Assembly (NCBI GenBank): GCA_965216635.1
Contig: OZ244188.1
Coordinates: 1,664,001-1,728,000, forward strand
DNA length: 64,000 nucleotides
DNA from: a bacterium
GTDB lineage: Bacteria; SAR324; XYD2-FULL-50-16; G965216635
Direction: 5' to 3'
The position numbers and the translations under genes were made by a program. The notes beneath the pieces were generated by a model. It did not search any database. It was not told where the DNA came from and saw only the letters and a program-made list of their open reading frames with translations. Positions 1-9,310 of the stretch are shown piece after piece (positions within the stretch are counted from its first letter, which is position 1; every line of letters begins with the position of its first letter).

Positions 1-2
1 GC

Positions 3-878
3 TATAATATAGATGAAAAACAAAGGTTAAAAACTAAAAGTTTTTACGAGTATCCAAGAGCTAATAATAATTTTTATAGTATTAAAGATAATGCGGGATA
101 TTGGGAAAATGTTAGAGATGATAAAGAACATAAAAATTATATCGGTTTATGTCAAGGCAATCAAGAATATTTATTTTTGGATTCTAAATACAAAGTGATA
201 TGGACTTATGCCAATTCAAAAAGATTTTTTTTTACTAACAAACCTTTGATTTGGGCTAGAAATCAATTCCGTGGTATAGGTAGTAATAATAAAGATGAAA
301 TTCTATATTTATTTGCCTTGTTAAATTCTTTGTTGAATGTTTTTATTTTGAAAAAATTCCTTATATCACAAAATGAGAAAGATTTTTTATTATCTTCACA
401 TTCAATAAAAAATTTCATAAAAATTCCTAAAATAACAGATGATAACAAAGAGGTAAAACAAGAAATTATAAAACAAACAGAAGCGCTTTTAGCTTTGGAA
501 GATTTACAATTAAAAGATTTTGTTGACTTTACAATTAGCAAACAAAAGTTCAAACAGGTAGTAATAGAAAATGATAGTCTTATTTTAATAGACTCAGAAA
601 ACAAAAAATATCCTCAAAAAATAAACTCAGAAGTAGGATTTATTAGAGATTTGATTGAGGAGACCTATAACCAAAAATTTTTACCAGAAATTTTATTGCA
701 AGATTTAAAATACATAGCTGCAATAGACAAACAAGAACAAGCATCAATCAAGGACTATATTGACGATTTGGTTTTTGCTTTATATTTTAATATACCCATC
801 AAAAAAATTGGTATACAAGAGGCTAGCAATATAAAAACCCAGTGCCTTAAAAATCAATACTATCAATACATTCATTAA
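3..878 (+). CDS. C-terminal part of a probable type IIG restriction-modification enzyme / N6-adenine MTase (TaqI-like target-recognition region); 5' end lies outside the window
   Basis: Frame is open from position 3 to the stop at 878. ILYLFALLNSLLN...IKNFIKIPKI and IDDLVFALY match the YLLAILNS / LPIP / IDxLVYxLY pattern at the C-termini of Eco57I/TaqI-like enzymes. Confidence 0.6.
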   Translation, partial: YNIDEKQRLKTKSFYEYPRANNNFYSIKDNAGYWENVRDDKEHKNYIGLCQGNQEYLFLDSKYKVIWTYANSKRFFFTNKPLIWARNQFRGIGSNNKDEILYLFALLNSLLNVFILKKFLISQNEKDFLLSSHSIKNFIKIPKITDDNKEVKQEIIKQTEALLALEDLQLKDFVDFTISKQKFKQVVIENDSLILIDSENKKYPQKINSEVGFIRDLIEETYNQKFLPEILLQDLKYIAAIDKQEQASIKDYIDDLVFALYFNIPIKKIGIQEASNIKTQCLKNQYYQYIH

Positions 879-887
879 AAACAAAAA

Positions 888-2339
888 GTGGCAAAAAACA
901 TAACCCCGCAAGAAAAAAATTTTTCTCAGTGGTATCTAGACCTCATTTTTGCAGGAGAATTGGCAGACTATGCTCCTGTCAGAGGTTGTATGATAATCCG
1001 TCCTACTGGTTTTGAGATTTGGGAAAAAATGCAGGCAATTTTGGATAGAATGTTTAAAGAAACAGGACATCAAAACGCCTATTTTCCGCTCCTTATTCCG
1101 ACAAGTTTTTTAAAAAAAGAAAGCCAACATGTAGAAGGTTTTTCTCCTGAGTTAGCCATAGTTACTCACGGAGGAGGAAACCAACTAGAAGAGCCACTTG
1201 CTGTACGTCCCACATCGGAAACCATTATCGGTCATACCTACGCTAAGTGGTTAAAAAGCTATCGTGATCTACCTATTCTTATTAATCAATGGTGCAATGT
1301 TTTGCGCTGGGAAATGAGAACCAGATTGTTTTTAAGAACCTCAGAATTTTTATGGCAAGAAGGGCATACAGCTCACGAGACAGAAAAAGAAGCTCAAGAA
1401 GAAACCTTAAAAATGCTCCAAGTCTACAAGACTTTTTTAGAAGAATACTGTGCTATTCCAGTGATTACTGGATTAAAACCAGAGCACGAAAAATTCCCCG
1501 GAGCACTAATGACCTATACACTGGAAGCTATGATGCAGGATAAAAAATTTTTGCAATCTGGAACTTCGCACAACCTAGGGCAGAATTTCGCGAAAGCCTT
1601 TGATATAAAATTTTTAAATCGTAGTAATAAAATGGAATGTGCATGGACTACCAGTTGGGGAGTGTCTACTCGTATGATAGGAGGAGTAATTATGGCACAC
1701 GGAGATAACGATGGCTTGATACTCCCTCCCAAAATTGCCAGCACTCAAATCGTTCTGGTGCCTATTTTTCCTGTTCTTAAAGATGGGGGCGAATCTGAAA
1801 AAACACAAATTTTAGAATACAGTGATAAAATTTTTCAAAGGCTTACCCAGAAGTTTGATAGTTTGCTCATACAAACAGATAAACAGCATCATTTAAGAGC
1901 AAGCGATAGGTTTTTTTATTGGATTCAAAAGGGAGTGCCGTTAAGAATTGAAATAGGAATGAGAGAAGTAAGCCAAAAAAATGCTGTTCTAGTGCGACGA
2001 GATAACAGAGAAAAACTCGTAGCTACTTTAGATAATATCACCGAAGTAGCAGAGAAAAAACTCCAAGAAATACAAGAATCTCTGTACCAAAAAGCCTTAA
2101 AGTTTCAGCAGCAAAACACAGTTTTTTTAGAAAATTTTACTGCAATGCAAGATTTTTTTGAAAAACAAGGGGGAGCAGTAGAAGCCTACTGGGACGGAAC
2201 AAAAGAAAGTGCTCACCTGATCCAAGAGAAAACCAAAGCCACTGTCCGCCTGATTTTAGAGGATAATATAAAGGAAAGAAAATGTATTTTTTCTAGAAAA
2301 ACAGCCTTATTTAAGGTGATTTTTGGAGTAGCGTATTAG
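888..2339 (+). CDS. proS: Proline--tRNA ligase (archaeal/eukaryote-like type without editing insertion)
   Basis: FSQWY, VRPTSET, RWEMRTRLFLRTSEFLWQEGHT, QSGTSHNLGQNF, WTTSWGVSTR, C-terminal Y. GTG start. Confidence 0.97.
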   Translation: MAKNITPQEKNFSQWYLDLIFAGELADYAPVRGCMIIRPTGFEIWEKMQAILDRMFKETGHQNAYFPLLIPTSFLKKESQHVEGFSPELAIVTHGGGNQLEEPLAVRPTSETIIGHTYAKWLKSYRDLPILINQWCNVLRWEMRTRLFLRTSEFLWQEGHTAHETEKEAQEETLKMLQVYKTFLEEYCAIPVITGLKPEHEKFPGALMTYTLEAMMQDKKFLQSGTSHNLGQNFAKAFDIKFLNRSNKMECAWTTSWGVSTRMIGGVIMAHGDNDGLILPPKIASTQIVLVPIFPVLKDGGESEKTQILEYSDKIFQRLTQKFDSLLIQTDKQHHLRASDRFFYWIQKGVPLRIEIGMREVSQKNAVLVRRDNREKLVATLDNITEVAEKKLQEIQESLYQKALKFQQQNTVFLENFTAMQDFFEKQGGAVEAYWDGTKESAHLIQEKTKATVRLILEDNIKERKCIFSRKTALFKVIFGVAY

Positions 2340-2536
2340 ATTATTCTTCCTTTGTGTTTTTCTATCAGAAAAAAATGCTAAATTATTTTATAGACAGCAA
2401 AAGTGACCTGGAAAAGTTGCTGGATAAATTATTGGGAAGTTTTATTATACCCATATTCGCTAGTATTTTCTTTATCTTAAAAACACTGTAAAATTTCCCT
2501 TGCTATTTTTAAAATTTTAGAATATTTTATATTGTA

Positions 2537-2610
2537 TAGACTTTTGAATTTGCATTCTATTTAGCCAAAACAAGCTTATTGCTTGACGCTTTTTATGGGC
2601 TATTTAGAAT
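2537..2610 (+). promoter_or_regulatory. Left half of a palindromic MITE-like element carrying a sigma70-like promoter; repeated in front of each coiled-coil gene copy
   Basis: Begins with the TAGACTTTTGAATTTGC terminus. TTGACG (2583-2588)-N16-TAGAAT (2605-2610) lies 26 nt before the ATG at 2637. Near-identical copies occur in all five inter-gene spacers. Confidence 0.55.
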
Positions 2611-2636
2611 ATTTTTAACCTATTTGAAAAACATTT

Positions 2637-3014
2637 ATGTCCTCTATGAATTTAGAAATTTATGATGCTCTTATTCAATCTAAATTTCCAGAAAAACCAG
2701 CCCGCACAATAGCTGTGGTTTTAGAGAAAGAAACGAAGAAAGAAGCACGAGAAGTAAATATCAATCTAAGCAAAGAAATCCGAGAAGCAAAAAAAGAACT
2801 TAAAGCAGAAATCCAAGAAGTAAAAGCAGAACTCAGGGGAGAAATCCAAGGAGTAAAAACAGAACTTAAAGCAGAAATCCAAGAAGTAAAAGTAGAAATC
2901 CAAGGAGTAAGAGGAGATATTATAAAATTACAGAAAGAAATGCTGCTTGTTAAGTGGATGCTGGGATTGATTATTATAGCTGTGGTTATTCCTTTAGTAG
3001 AAAGATTATTTTAA
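2637..3014 (+). CDS. DUF1640/CCDC90/Bdr-like membrane-anchored coiled-coil protein, copy 1 (125 aa)
   Basis: Helical head (IYDALIQSKFPEKPARTI), EIQEVKAELRG-type stalk repeats, C-terminal LVKWMLGLIIIAVVIPLV transmembrane helix. Confidence 0.85.
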   Translation: MSSMNLEIYDALIQSKFPEKPARTIAVVLEKETKKEAREVNINLSKEIREAKKELKAEIQEVKAELRGEIQGVKTELKAEIQEVKVEIQGVRGDIIKLQKEMLLVKWMLGLIIIAVVIPLVERLF

Positions 3015-3113
3015 GCTGAGAACTTTGAATTAGCATTCTGTCTTAGCCTAGCTTATTGCTTGACGCTTTTTATAGGCTATTTAGAATATTTTTAACCTAT
3101 TTGTAAAACAATT

Positions 3114-3545
3114 ATGTCCTCTATGAATTTAGAAATTTATGATGCTCTTATTCAATCTAAATTTCCAGAAAAACCAGCCCGCACAATAGCTGTAGTTTTA
3201 GAGAAAGAAACGAAGAAAGAAGCACGAGAAGTAAAGATCAATCTAAGCAAAGAAATCCGAGAAGCAAAAAAAGAACTTAAAGCAGAAATCCAAGGAGTAA
3301 AAACAGAACTCAGGGGAGAAATCCAAGGAGTAAAAGTAGAACTTAAAGCAGAAATCCAAGAAGTAAAATCAGAAATCCAAGAAGTAAAATCAGAAATCCA
3401 AGAAGTAAAAGCAGAACTCAGGGGAGAAATCCAAGAAGGAAGAGGAGATACTATAAAATTACAGAAAGAGATGCTGCTTGTTAAGTGGATGCTGGGATTG
3501 ATTATTATAGCTGTGGTTATTCCTTTAGTAGAAAGATTATTTTAA
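3114..3545 (+). CDS. DUF1640/CCDC90/Bdr-like coiled-coil protein, copy 2 (143 aa)
   Basis: Same head and anchor; 3 hendecads + 2 heptads longer than the shortest copy. Confidence 0.85.
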   Translation: MSSMNLEIYDALIQSKFPEKPARTIAVVLEKETKKEAREVKINLSKEIREAKKELKAEIQGVKTELRGEIQGVKVELKAEIQEVKSEIQEVKSEIQEVKAELRGEIQEGRGDTIKLQKEMLLVKWMLGLIIIAVVIPLVERLF

Positions 3546-3648
3546 GCTGAGAACTTTGAATTAGCATTCTGTTTAGCCAAAACTAGCTTATTGCTTGACG
3601 CTTTTTATGGGCTATTTAGAATATTTTTAACCTATTTGTAAAACAATT

Positions 3649-3939
3649 ATGTCCTCTATGAATTTAGAAATTTATGATGCTCTTATTCAATCTAAATTTC
3701 CAGAAAAACCAGCCCGCACAATAGCTGTAGTTTTAGAGAAAGAAACGAAGAAAGAAGCACAAGAAGTAAAGATCAATCTAAGCAAAGAAATCCGAGAAGC
3801 AAAAAAAGAACTTAAAGCAGAAATCCAAGAAGTAAGAGGAGATACTATAAAATTACAGAAAGAGATGCTGCTTGTTAAGTGGATGCTGGGATTGATTATT
3901 ATAGCTGTGGTTATTCCTTTAGTAGAAAGATTATTTTAA
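3649..3939 (+). CDS. DUF1640/CCDC90/Bdr-like coiled-coil protein, copy 3 (96 aa, shortest)
   Basis: Same head and anchor; minimal stalk. Confidence 0.85.
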   Translation: MSSMNLEIYDALIQSKFPEKPARTIAVVLEKETKKEAQEVKINLSKEIREAKKELKAEIQEVRGDTIKLQKEMLLVKWMLGLIIIAVVIPLVERLF

Positions 3940-4037
3940 GCTGAGACCTTTGAATTAGCATTCTGTTTAGCCTAGCTTATTGCTTGACGCTTTTTATGGG
4001 CTATTTAGAATATTTTTAACCTATTTGTAAAACAGTT

Positions 4038-4361
4038 ATGTCCTCTATGAATTTAGAAATTTATGATGCTCTTATTCAATCTAAATTTCCAGAAAAACCA
4101 GCCCGTACAATAGCTGTAGTTTTAGAGAAAGAAACGAAGAAAGAAGCACAAGAAGTAAATATCAATCTAAGTAAAGAAATCCGAGAAGCAAAAAAAGAAC
4201 TTAAAGCAGAAATCCAAGGAGTAAAAACAGAACTTAAAGCAGAAATCCAAGAAGGAAGAGGAGATACTATAAAATTACAGAAAGAGATGCTGCTTGTTAA
4301 GTGGATGCTGGGATTGATTATTATAGCTGTAGTTATTCCTTTAGTAGAAAGATTATTTTAA
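4038..4361 (+). CDS. DUF1640/CCDC90/Bdr-like coiled-coil protein, copy 4 (107 aa)
   Basis: Same head and anchor; +1 hendecad. Confidence 0.85.
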   Translation: MSSMNLEIYDALIQSKFPEKPARTIAVVLEKETKKEAQEVNINLSKEIREAKKELKAEIQGVKTELKAEIQEGRGDTIKLQKEMLLVKWMLGLIIIAVVIPLVERLF

Positions 4362-4492
4362 GCTGAGACCTTTGAATTTGCGTTCTTTTTAGCCTAGCTT
4401 ATTGCTTGACGCTTTTTATAGGCTATTTAGAATATTTTATTTGTATTTTTAGAAAATTTTAATTGTATTTTTAACCTATTTGTAAAACAATT

Positions 4493-4858
4493 ATGTCCTC
4501 TATGAATTTAGAAATTTATGATGCTCTTATTCAATCTAAATTTCCAGAAAAACCAGCCCGCACAATAGCTGTAGTTTTAGAGAAAGAAACGAAGAAAGAA
4601 GCACAAGAAGTAAAGATCAATCTAAGCGAAGAAATCCGAGAAGTAAAAGCAGAAATCCGAGAAGCAAAAAAAGAACTTAAAGCAGAAATCCAAGAAGTAA
4701 GAGGAGAAATCCAAGAAGTAAAAACAGAACTCAGGGGAGAAATACAAGAAGTAAGAGGAGATACTATAAAATTACAGAAAGAGATGCTGCTTGTTAAGTG
4801 GATGCTGGGATTGATTATTATAGCTGTGGTTATTCCTTTAGTAGAAAGATTATTTTAA
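4493..4858 (+). CDS. DUF1640/CCDC90/Bdr-like coiled-coil protein, copy 5 (121 aa)
   Basis: Same head and anchor; +1 hendecad + 2 heptads. Confidence 0.85.
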   Translation: MSSMNLEIYDALIQSKFPEKPARTIAVVLEKETKKEAQEVKINLSEEIREVKAEIREAKKELKAEIQEVRGEIQEVKTELRGEIQEVRGDTIKLQKEMLLVKWMLGLIIIAVVIPLVERLF

Positions 4859-4944
4859 GCTGAGACCTTTGAATTAGCATTCTGTCTTAGCCTAGCTTAT
4901 TGCTTGACGCTTTTTATGGGCTATTTAGAATATTTTATATTGTA

Positions 4945-5099
4945 TAGACCTTTGAATTTCGCTGATGTGACGGCTAGCCAAATGGTTAGAACAGGTGCGA
5001 AAAAAATTTTTAGCTCGCAGGAATACTCAAGTATTTCAAGAGTTAAAAATTTTTTTTCAACGCTGTATAGGCTAAACAGAACGCAAATTCAAAAGTCTA
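4945..5099. mobile_element. Complete palindromic MITE-like element
   Basis: Terminal inverted repeats TAGACCTTTGAATTT / AAATTCAAAAGTCTA; flanked by direct repeat TTGTA (4940-4944, 5100-5104). Confidence 0.8.
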
Positions 5100-5129
5100 T
5101 TGTATTTTTAACCTATTTGTAAAACAATT

Positions 5130-5549
5130 ATGTCCTCTATGAATTTAGAAATTTATGATGCTCTTATTCAATCTAAATTTCCAGAAAAACCAGCCCGCAC
5201 AATAGCTGTAGTTTTAGAGAAAGAAACGAAGAAAGAAGCACAAGAAGTAAAGATCAATCTAAGCAAAGAAATCCGAGAAGCAAAAGCAGAAATCCGAGAA
5301 GCAAAAAAAGAACTTAAAGCAGAAATCCAAGAAGTAAGAGGAGAAATCCAAGAAGTAAAAACAGAACTCAGGGGAGAAATCCAAGAAGTAAAAACAGAAC
5401 TTAAAGCAGAAATCCAAGAAGTAAAATTAGAAATCCAAGAAGGAAGAGGAGATACTATAAAATTACAGAAAGAAATGCTGCTTGTTAAGTGGATGCTGGG
5501 ATTGATTATTATAGCTGTGGTTATTCCTTTAGTAGAAAGATTATTTTAA
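5130..5549 (+). CDS. DUF1640/CCDC90/Bdr-like coiled-coil protein, copy 6 (139 aa)
   Basis: Same head and anchor; +2 hendecads + 3 heptads. Confidence 0.85.
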   Translation: MSSMNLEIYDALIQSKFPEKPARTIAVVLEKETKKEAQEVKINLSKEIREAKAEIREAKKELKAEIQEVRGEIQEVKTELRGEIQEVKTELKAEIQEVKLEIQEGRGDTIKLQKEMLLVKWMLGLIIIAVVIPLVERLF

Positions 5550-5552
5550 GCT

Positions 5553-5809
5553 GAGACCTTTGAATTTGCGTTCTGTTTAGCCAAAACAATCGTTGAAAAA
5601 ATTTTTTTACTCGCGGGAATACTGGAGTATTTCAAGAGTTAAAAACTTTTTTTTTTAATGCGTAATGCCACAATAATGGGACCAGGCACTACAAAATTTG
5701 CATTAAGCAAGAATAAACTGTAAAATAGCCCTTTGGCTGTTTCACAAATAGCCCATAAAAAACGTCAAGCAATAAGCTAGGCTAAACAGAACACTAATGC
5801 AAAGGTCTC
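5553..5809. mobile_element. Palindromic MITE-like element
   Basis: GAGACCTTTGAATTTG ... TAATGCAAAGGTCTC termini; internal GGAATACTGGAGTATTTC hairpin; right end is an inverted copy of the array spacer sequence. Confidence 0.75.
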
Positions 5810-5811
5810 TT

Positions 5812-6564
5812 TTAATGTTCTAGGATTTGATTGAGGAACAGTTTTGTTCTATCCGATTTAGGTTTTTTGAAGAACAGTTCTGGTGTGTTTTTTTCTATAA
5901 TTTCTCCTTCGTCCATAAAAAGCACACAATCTGCCACCTGTCGTGCAAAACCCATTTCGTGGGTTACACAAATCATAGTCATCCCTTCTTTTGCCAGCAA
6001 AACCATCGTATCCAAAACCTCTGCTACCATTTCAGGATCTAGTGCGGAAGTTGGTTCGTCAAATAGCATGATTTTTGGAGACATACATAAAGAACGTGCA
6101 ATAGCTACTCTTTGTTGTTGCCCTCCCGAAAGTTGCCCCGGATATTTTAAAGCCTGTTCTGGAATACGAACTTTTTCCAAAAATTTCATAGCAATATCTT
6201 TAGCCTTTCCTTTGGGCATTTTTTTAACCCATATAGGACCTAAGGTACAGTTTTCCAAAACTGTGAGGTGAGGAAATAGATTGAATTGCTGAAAAACCAT
6301 CCCTACTTCGGTGCGGATTTTTTCAATTTTCTTTAAATTGTCGTCTAAAACCATATTGTCTACAGTAATTTTCCCTTCTTGGTGTGGTTCTAGTGCATTA
6401 ATGCACCTTATGAGTGTAGATTTACCAGAACCAGATGGTCCGCAGATTACTAATTTTTCTTGCGGTTTCACTGTTAAATTGATATTTTTTAAAACTTGAA
6501 AATCCTTACCAAACCATTTGTTGAGGTTTTCTATTTCTATGATGGATTCTTTATGTTCTTTCAT
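5812..6564 (-). CDS. aapP: General L-amino acid ABC transporter ATP-binding protein (AapP/BztD)
   Basis: [36 protein letters not shown]; downstream of aapJQM. Confidence 0.92.
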   Translation of the reverse strand: MKEHKESIIEIENLNKWFGKDFQVLKNINLTVKPQEKLVICGPSGSGKSTLIRCINALEPHQEGKITVDNMVLDDNLKKIEKIRTEVGMVFQQFNLFPHLTVLENCTLGPIWVKKMPKGKAKDIAMKFLEKVRIPEQALKYPGQLSGGQQQRVAIARSLCMSPKIMLFDEPTSALDPEMVAEVLDTMVLLAKEGMTMICVTHEMGFARQVADCVLFMDEGEIIEKNTPELFFKKPKSDRTKLFLNQILEH

Positions 6565-6628
6565 AGTGTTTTATTGAAATTATAACTTACCTTGCGACTA
6601 TTGAACTAGAACGCCTAATTCTACAGTC

Positions 6629-6941
6629 TAGACTTTTGAATTTGCCAAATAGGACAAAACTAGCTGTTTAGCCAAAACAAGCTTATTGCTTTCACTATAT
6701 GCAGGCTATAGTAAAAGAGCCACTGGCTCTTTTACATTTCTTTTTGGAATTATGCAAGTTTTGTAGTGCCCTGATCACATTATTGTGGCACTACGCCATT
6801 GAAAAAAAATTTTTAACTCTTGCTCATTTGTGAAGAAATGCTCTTCAGTATTCCAGCGAGCTAAAAATTTTTTTCGCACCTGCTCTAACCATTTGGCTAG
6901 CCCCAATAGTGAGATAAGCATCAGCGAAATTCAAAGGTCTA
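6629..6941. mobile_element. Composite palindromic MITE-like element inserted between aapM and aapP
   Basis: TAGACTTTTGAATTTG ... GAAATTCAAAGGTCTA; direct repeat CAGTC at 6624-6628 and 6942-6946. Confidence 0.8.
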
Positions 6942-6946
6942 CAGTC

Positions 6947-8035
6947 TTATCTTTTCCTAGATATATTTAATTTTCTTTCTACTTTCTTACTATACAGCGA
7001 CATTCCATAACAAAGGCAAAAGAAAACAAATGCTGTAAATACATATCCTGAAAAAGGCGTGGAAAAAGTTGCCCATTTAGGGTCTGAAATACCTGTTTGG
7101 ACGGCTCCAAGAAAATCTGTTAAGGCAATAATCAAAACTAATGTTGTATCTTTAAATAAACCAATAAAAGTATTAACAATGCCCGGAATAACGATTGTTA
7201 AGGCTTGAGGTAATATAATGCGTTTCATTTTCAGAAAATAGCTCAGCCCTAAAGAATCGGCTCCTTCGTATTGTCCTTTCGAGATTCCTTGCAATCCTCC
7301 TCTAATCACTTCTGCCATATAGGCACTAGCAAACATCACATAACCTATTAAAGCTCTAGTGAGAACATCTATCTGCACATCACCTAAAAAAAGAGGAAGC
7401 ATTACCGATGCCATAAAAAGTATTGTGATTAAAGGAACTCCTCTCCAAAATTCTATAAAAACAATACATATAGTTTTAACCAAAGGCAGCTCAGATCTCC
7501 TACCAAGAGCTAATAAAATACCAAAAGGTAAAGAAAAAATAATGCCTACTAGGCCTATGATAACAGTAAGTGTCAATCCTCCCCATAAACTGGTTGAAAC
7601 AGCAGGAAAAATGTTAATTCCAAAAATTCTGCCTTTCAAAAAAATAAAAGCAATAATGGGAAATATAAACAGAGTAAATACAATAACGTATTTTTTAAAA
7701 GGTGTTTTATCTACTACTAGCCAAGCAATACACAAAACAAGAATTACCCCTAGAACATCTACTCTCCATCTTTGATCAATAGGATAAAATCCGTAGGCAA
7801 AAAAATTGAGTTTAGCCGCGACAAAGGGCCAACAGGCTCCTCCTATATTTTGACGGCATGCCTCTATTCCTCCCGACCAAACTGCATTAGTAATAGCCCA
7901 GGATGCTAAAGAGGGAACAATCAAATAAAACAGGTAGCCCACAAGCAATGTTAAGCAGGTATTGAAAGGAGAGGAAAAAAAATTTTGCTTCACCCAACTG
8001 ATAGGGTCAAATTTTTCTTGTAAAGGTGTTTTCAT
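6947..8035 (-). CDS. aapM: General L-amino acid ABC transporter permease (AapM/BztC)
   Basis: GACWPFV, LALGRRSELP, EFWRGVPLITILFMAS, AYMAEVIRGGLQ. Confidence 0.92.
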   Translation of the reverse strand: MKTPLQEKFDPISWVKQNFFSSPFNTCLTLLVGYLFYLIVPSLASWAITNAVWSGGIEACRQNIGGACWPFVAAKLNFFAYGFYPIDQRWRVDVLGVILVLCIAWLVVDKTPFKKYVIVFTLFIFPIIAFIFLKGRIFGINIFPAVSTSLWGGLTLTVIIGLVGIIFSLPFGILLALGRRSELPLVKTICIVFIEFWRGVPLITILFMASVMLPLFLGDVQIDVLTRALIGYVMFASAYMAEVIRGGLQGISKGQYEGADSLGLSYFLKMKRIILPQALTIVIPGIVNTFIGLFKDTTLVLIIALTDFLGAVQTGISDPKWATFSTPFSGYVFTAFVFFCLCYGMSLYSKKVERKLNISRKR

Positions 8036-8037
8036 TT

Positions 8038-9225
8038 TTATCTTTCTTGTAAAAGTTTCTTGGCATTATACCAATTTAAAAACACAGAAGTCAGTATGCT
8101 CAACAAAAGATAAATTGCCATAGTAATTCCAATGATTTCTAAGGCTTGTCCTGTTTGGTTAAGCACTGTGCCAGCAAAAACAGATACAATATCGGGATAG
8201 GCGATAGCAGCTGCCAAAGAAGAATTTTTAATAAGATTTAAGTGTTGGCTAATCAAAGGAGGGATAATGATTTTTAAAGCCTGAGGGACTAAAATTAATT
8301 TTATAGTTTTGCCTTTGCTTAAACCAATAGAATCAGCTGCTTCTGTTTGTCCTTGATTTATGGCTTGAATACCACTGCGAACTATCTCTGCAATAAAAGA
8401 AGCGGTGTAAATAGAGAGGGCAAGAAGAAGGCTAATAAATTCGGGGATAATTACAAGTCCACCTTCCAGTTCGTATTTTCCCATTTCTGCATGGCTGGTA
8501 GAAAGAGGGATTTCGCCTTGAAAAAGACTAGTCAAAGCCAGAACTAAAAGAGGTACTCCAAATAGAGTCAATACAGAGAGTCTGAAAACAGCAATTTCTT
8601 TGCCCGTTGTTTCTTTTAATTTGCTGCCGTATTTTTTAATCATAAAAACCGCTATAATAGCAACAAGAATACTAATCAAAAAATATCCAGCTCCTGCTTC
8701 TGGGATTATTTTGGGGAGATAAACTCCACGGTTGTTAATACTAAATGCAATTATATCTCCTTGTTGATAGAGACTTCTAGGACCAGGTAGGGGTTTTAAA
8801 ACGGCGTGATACCAAAAAAATATTTGTAATAAAAGAGGAACATTTCTAAAAAGTTCTACATAAGCTGAAGCTAACTTTGCTATTAAAAAATTTTTGGATA
8901 ATTTAGCTATACCTATGAAAAAGCCAAGAAATGTGGCTAGTAAAATGCCGATTGCAGCTACTAAAATAGTGTTTAGTGCGCCTACTACAAAAGCTCTCCC
9001 ATAACTAAGGGCTGGATGATATTCAATTAAAGATTGTGCAATACTAAAACCGGCGGGTTGGCTTAAAAAACTAAATCCAGTAGAAATACCACGACTTCGG
9101 ACAGCACTTAAAGTATTTTGGAAAATGAACCAAAAAAGAAGAACTAAGAGAAGCGCCAGTGTGATTTGGTAAAGGATTGCTCTAAATTTCTTATCGTATA
9201 TTCTTTTCTGCAGGTTGGCTATCAT
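8038..9225 (-). CDS. aapQ: General L-amino acid ABC transporter permease (AapQ/BztB)
   Basis: YVELFRNVPLLLQIFFWY, FIAEIVRSGI, KNSSLAAAIAYPD. Confidence 0.92.
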   Translation of the reverse strand: MIANLQKRIYDKKFRAILYQITLALLLVLLFWFIFQNTLSAVRSRGISTGFSFLSQPAGFSIAQSLIEYHPALSYGRAFVVGALNTILVAAIGILLATFLGFFIGIAKLSKNFLIAKLASAYVELFRNVPLLLQIFFWYHAVLKPLPGPRSLYQQGDIIAFSINNRGVYLPKIIPEAGAGYFLISILVAIIAVFMIKKYGSKLKETTGKEIAVFRLSVLTLFGVPLLVLALTSLFQGEIPLSTSHAEMGKYELEGGLVIIPEFISLLLALSIYTASFIAEIVRSGIQAINQGQTEAADSIGLSKGKTIKLILVPQALKIIIPPLISQHLNLIKNSSLAAAIAYPDIVSVFAGTVLNQTGQALEIIGITMAIYLLLSILTSVFLNWYNAKKLLQER

Positions 9226-9257
9226 GAGCGGATAAATTTAGAAAGATAGGTTAAAAT

Positions 9258-9290
9258 AAAAAAATCCGCCTTTGTTAAACAAAAGCGGAT
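9258..9290 (-). terminator. Stem-loop with U-tract between aapJ and aapQ (partial terminator / mRNA stabiliser)
   Basis: ATCCGCCTTTG-TTAAA-CAAAAGCGGAT hairpin followed on the minus strand by a T-run. Confidence 0.6.
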
Positions 9291-9310
9291 CTTAAAAATA
9301 GATAACTATT

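Noticed and set aside
4904..5122. 72-aa ORF, and similarly 10604-10801 and 36044-36283
   Set aside because: These lie largely or entirely within MITE-like elements and are chance open frames.
2537..5809. CRISPR array or integron cassette array
   Set aside because: The repeated units are whole paralogous genes, not unique spacers or diverse cassettes. Spacers lack paired RYYYAAC/GTTRRRY attC ends, and there is no cas or intI gene in the window.
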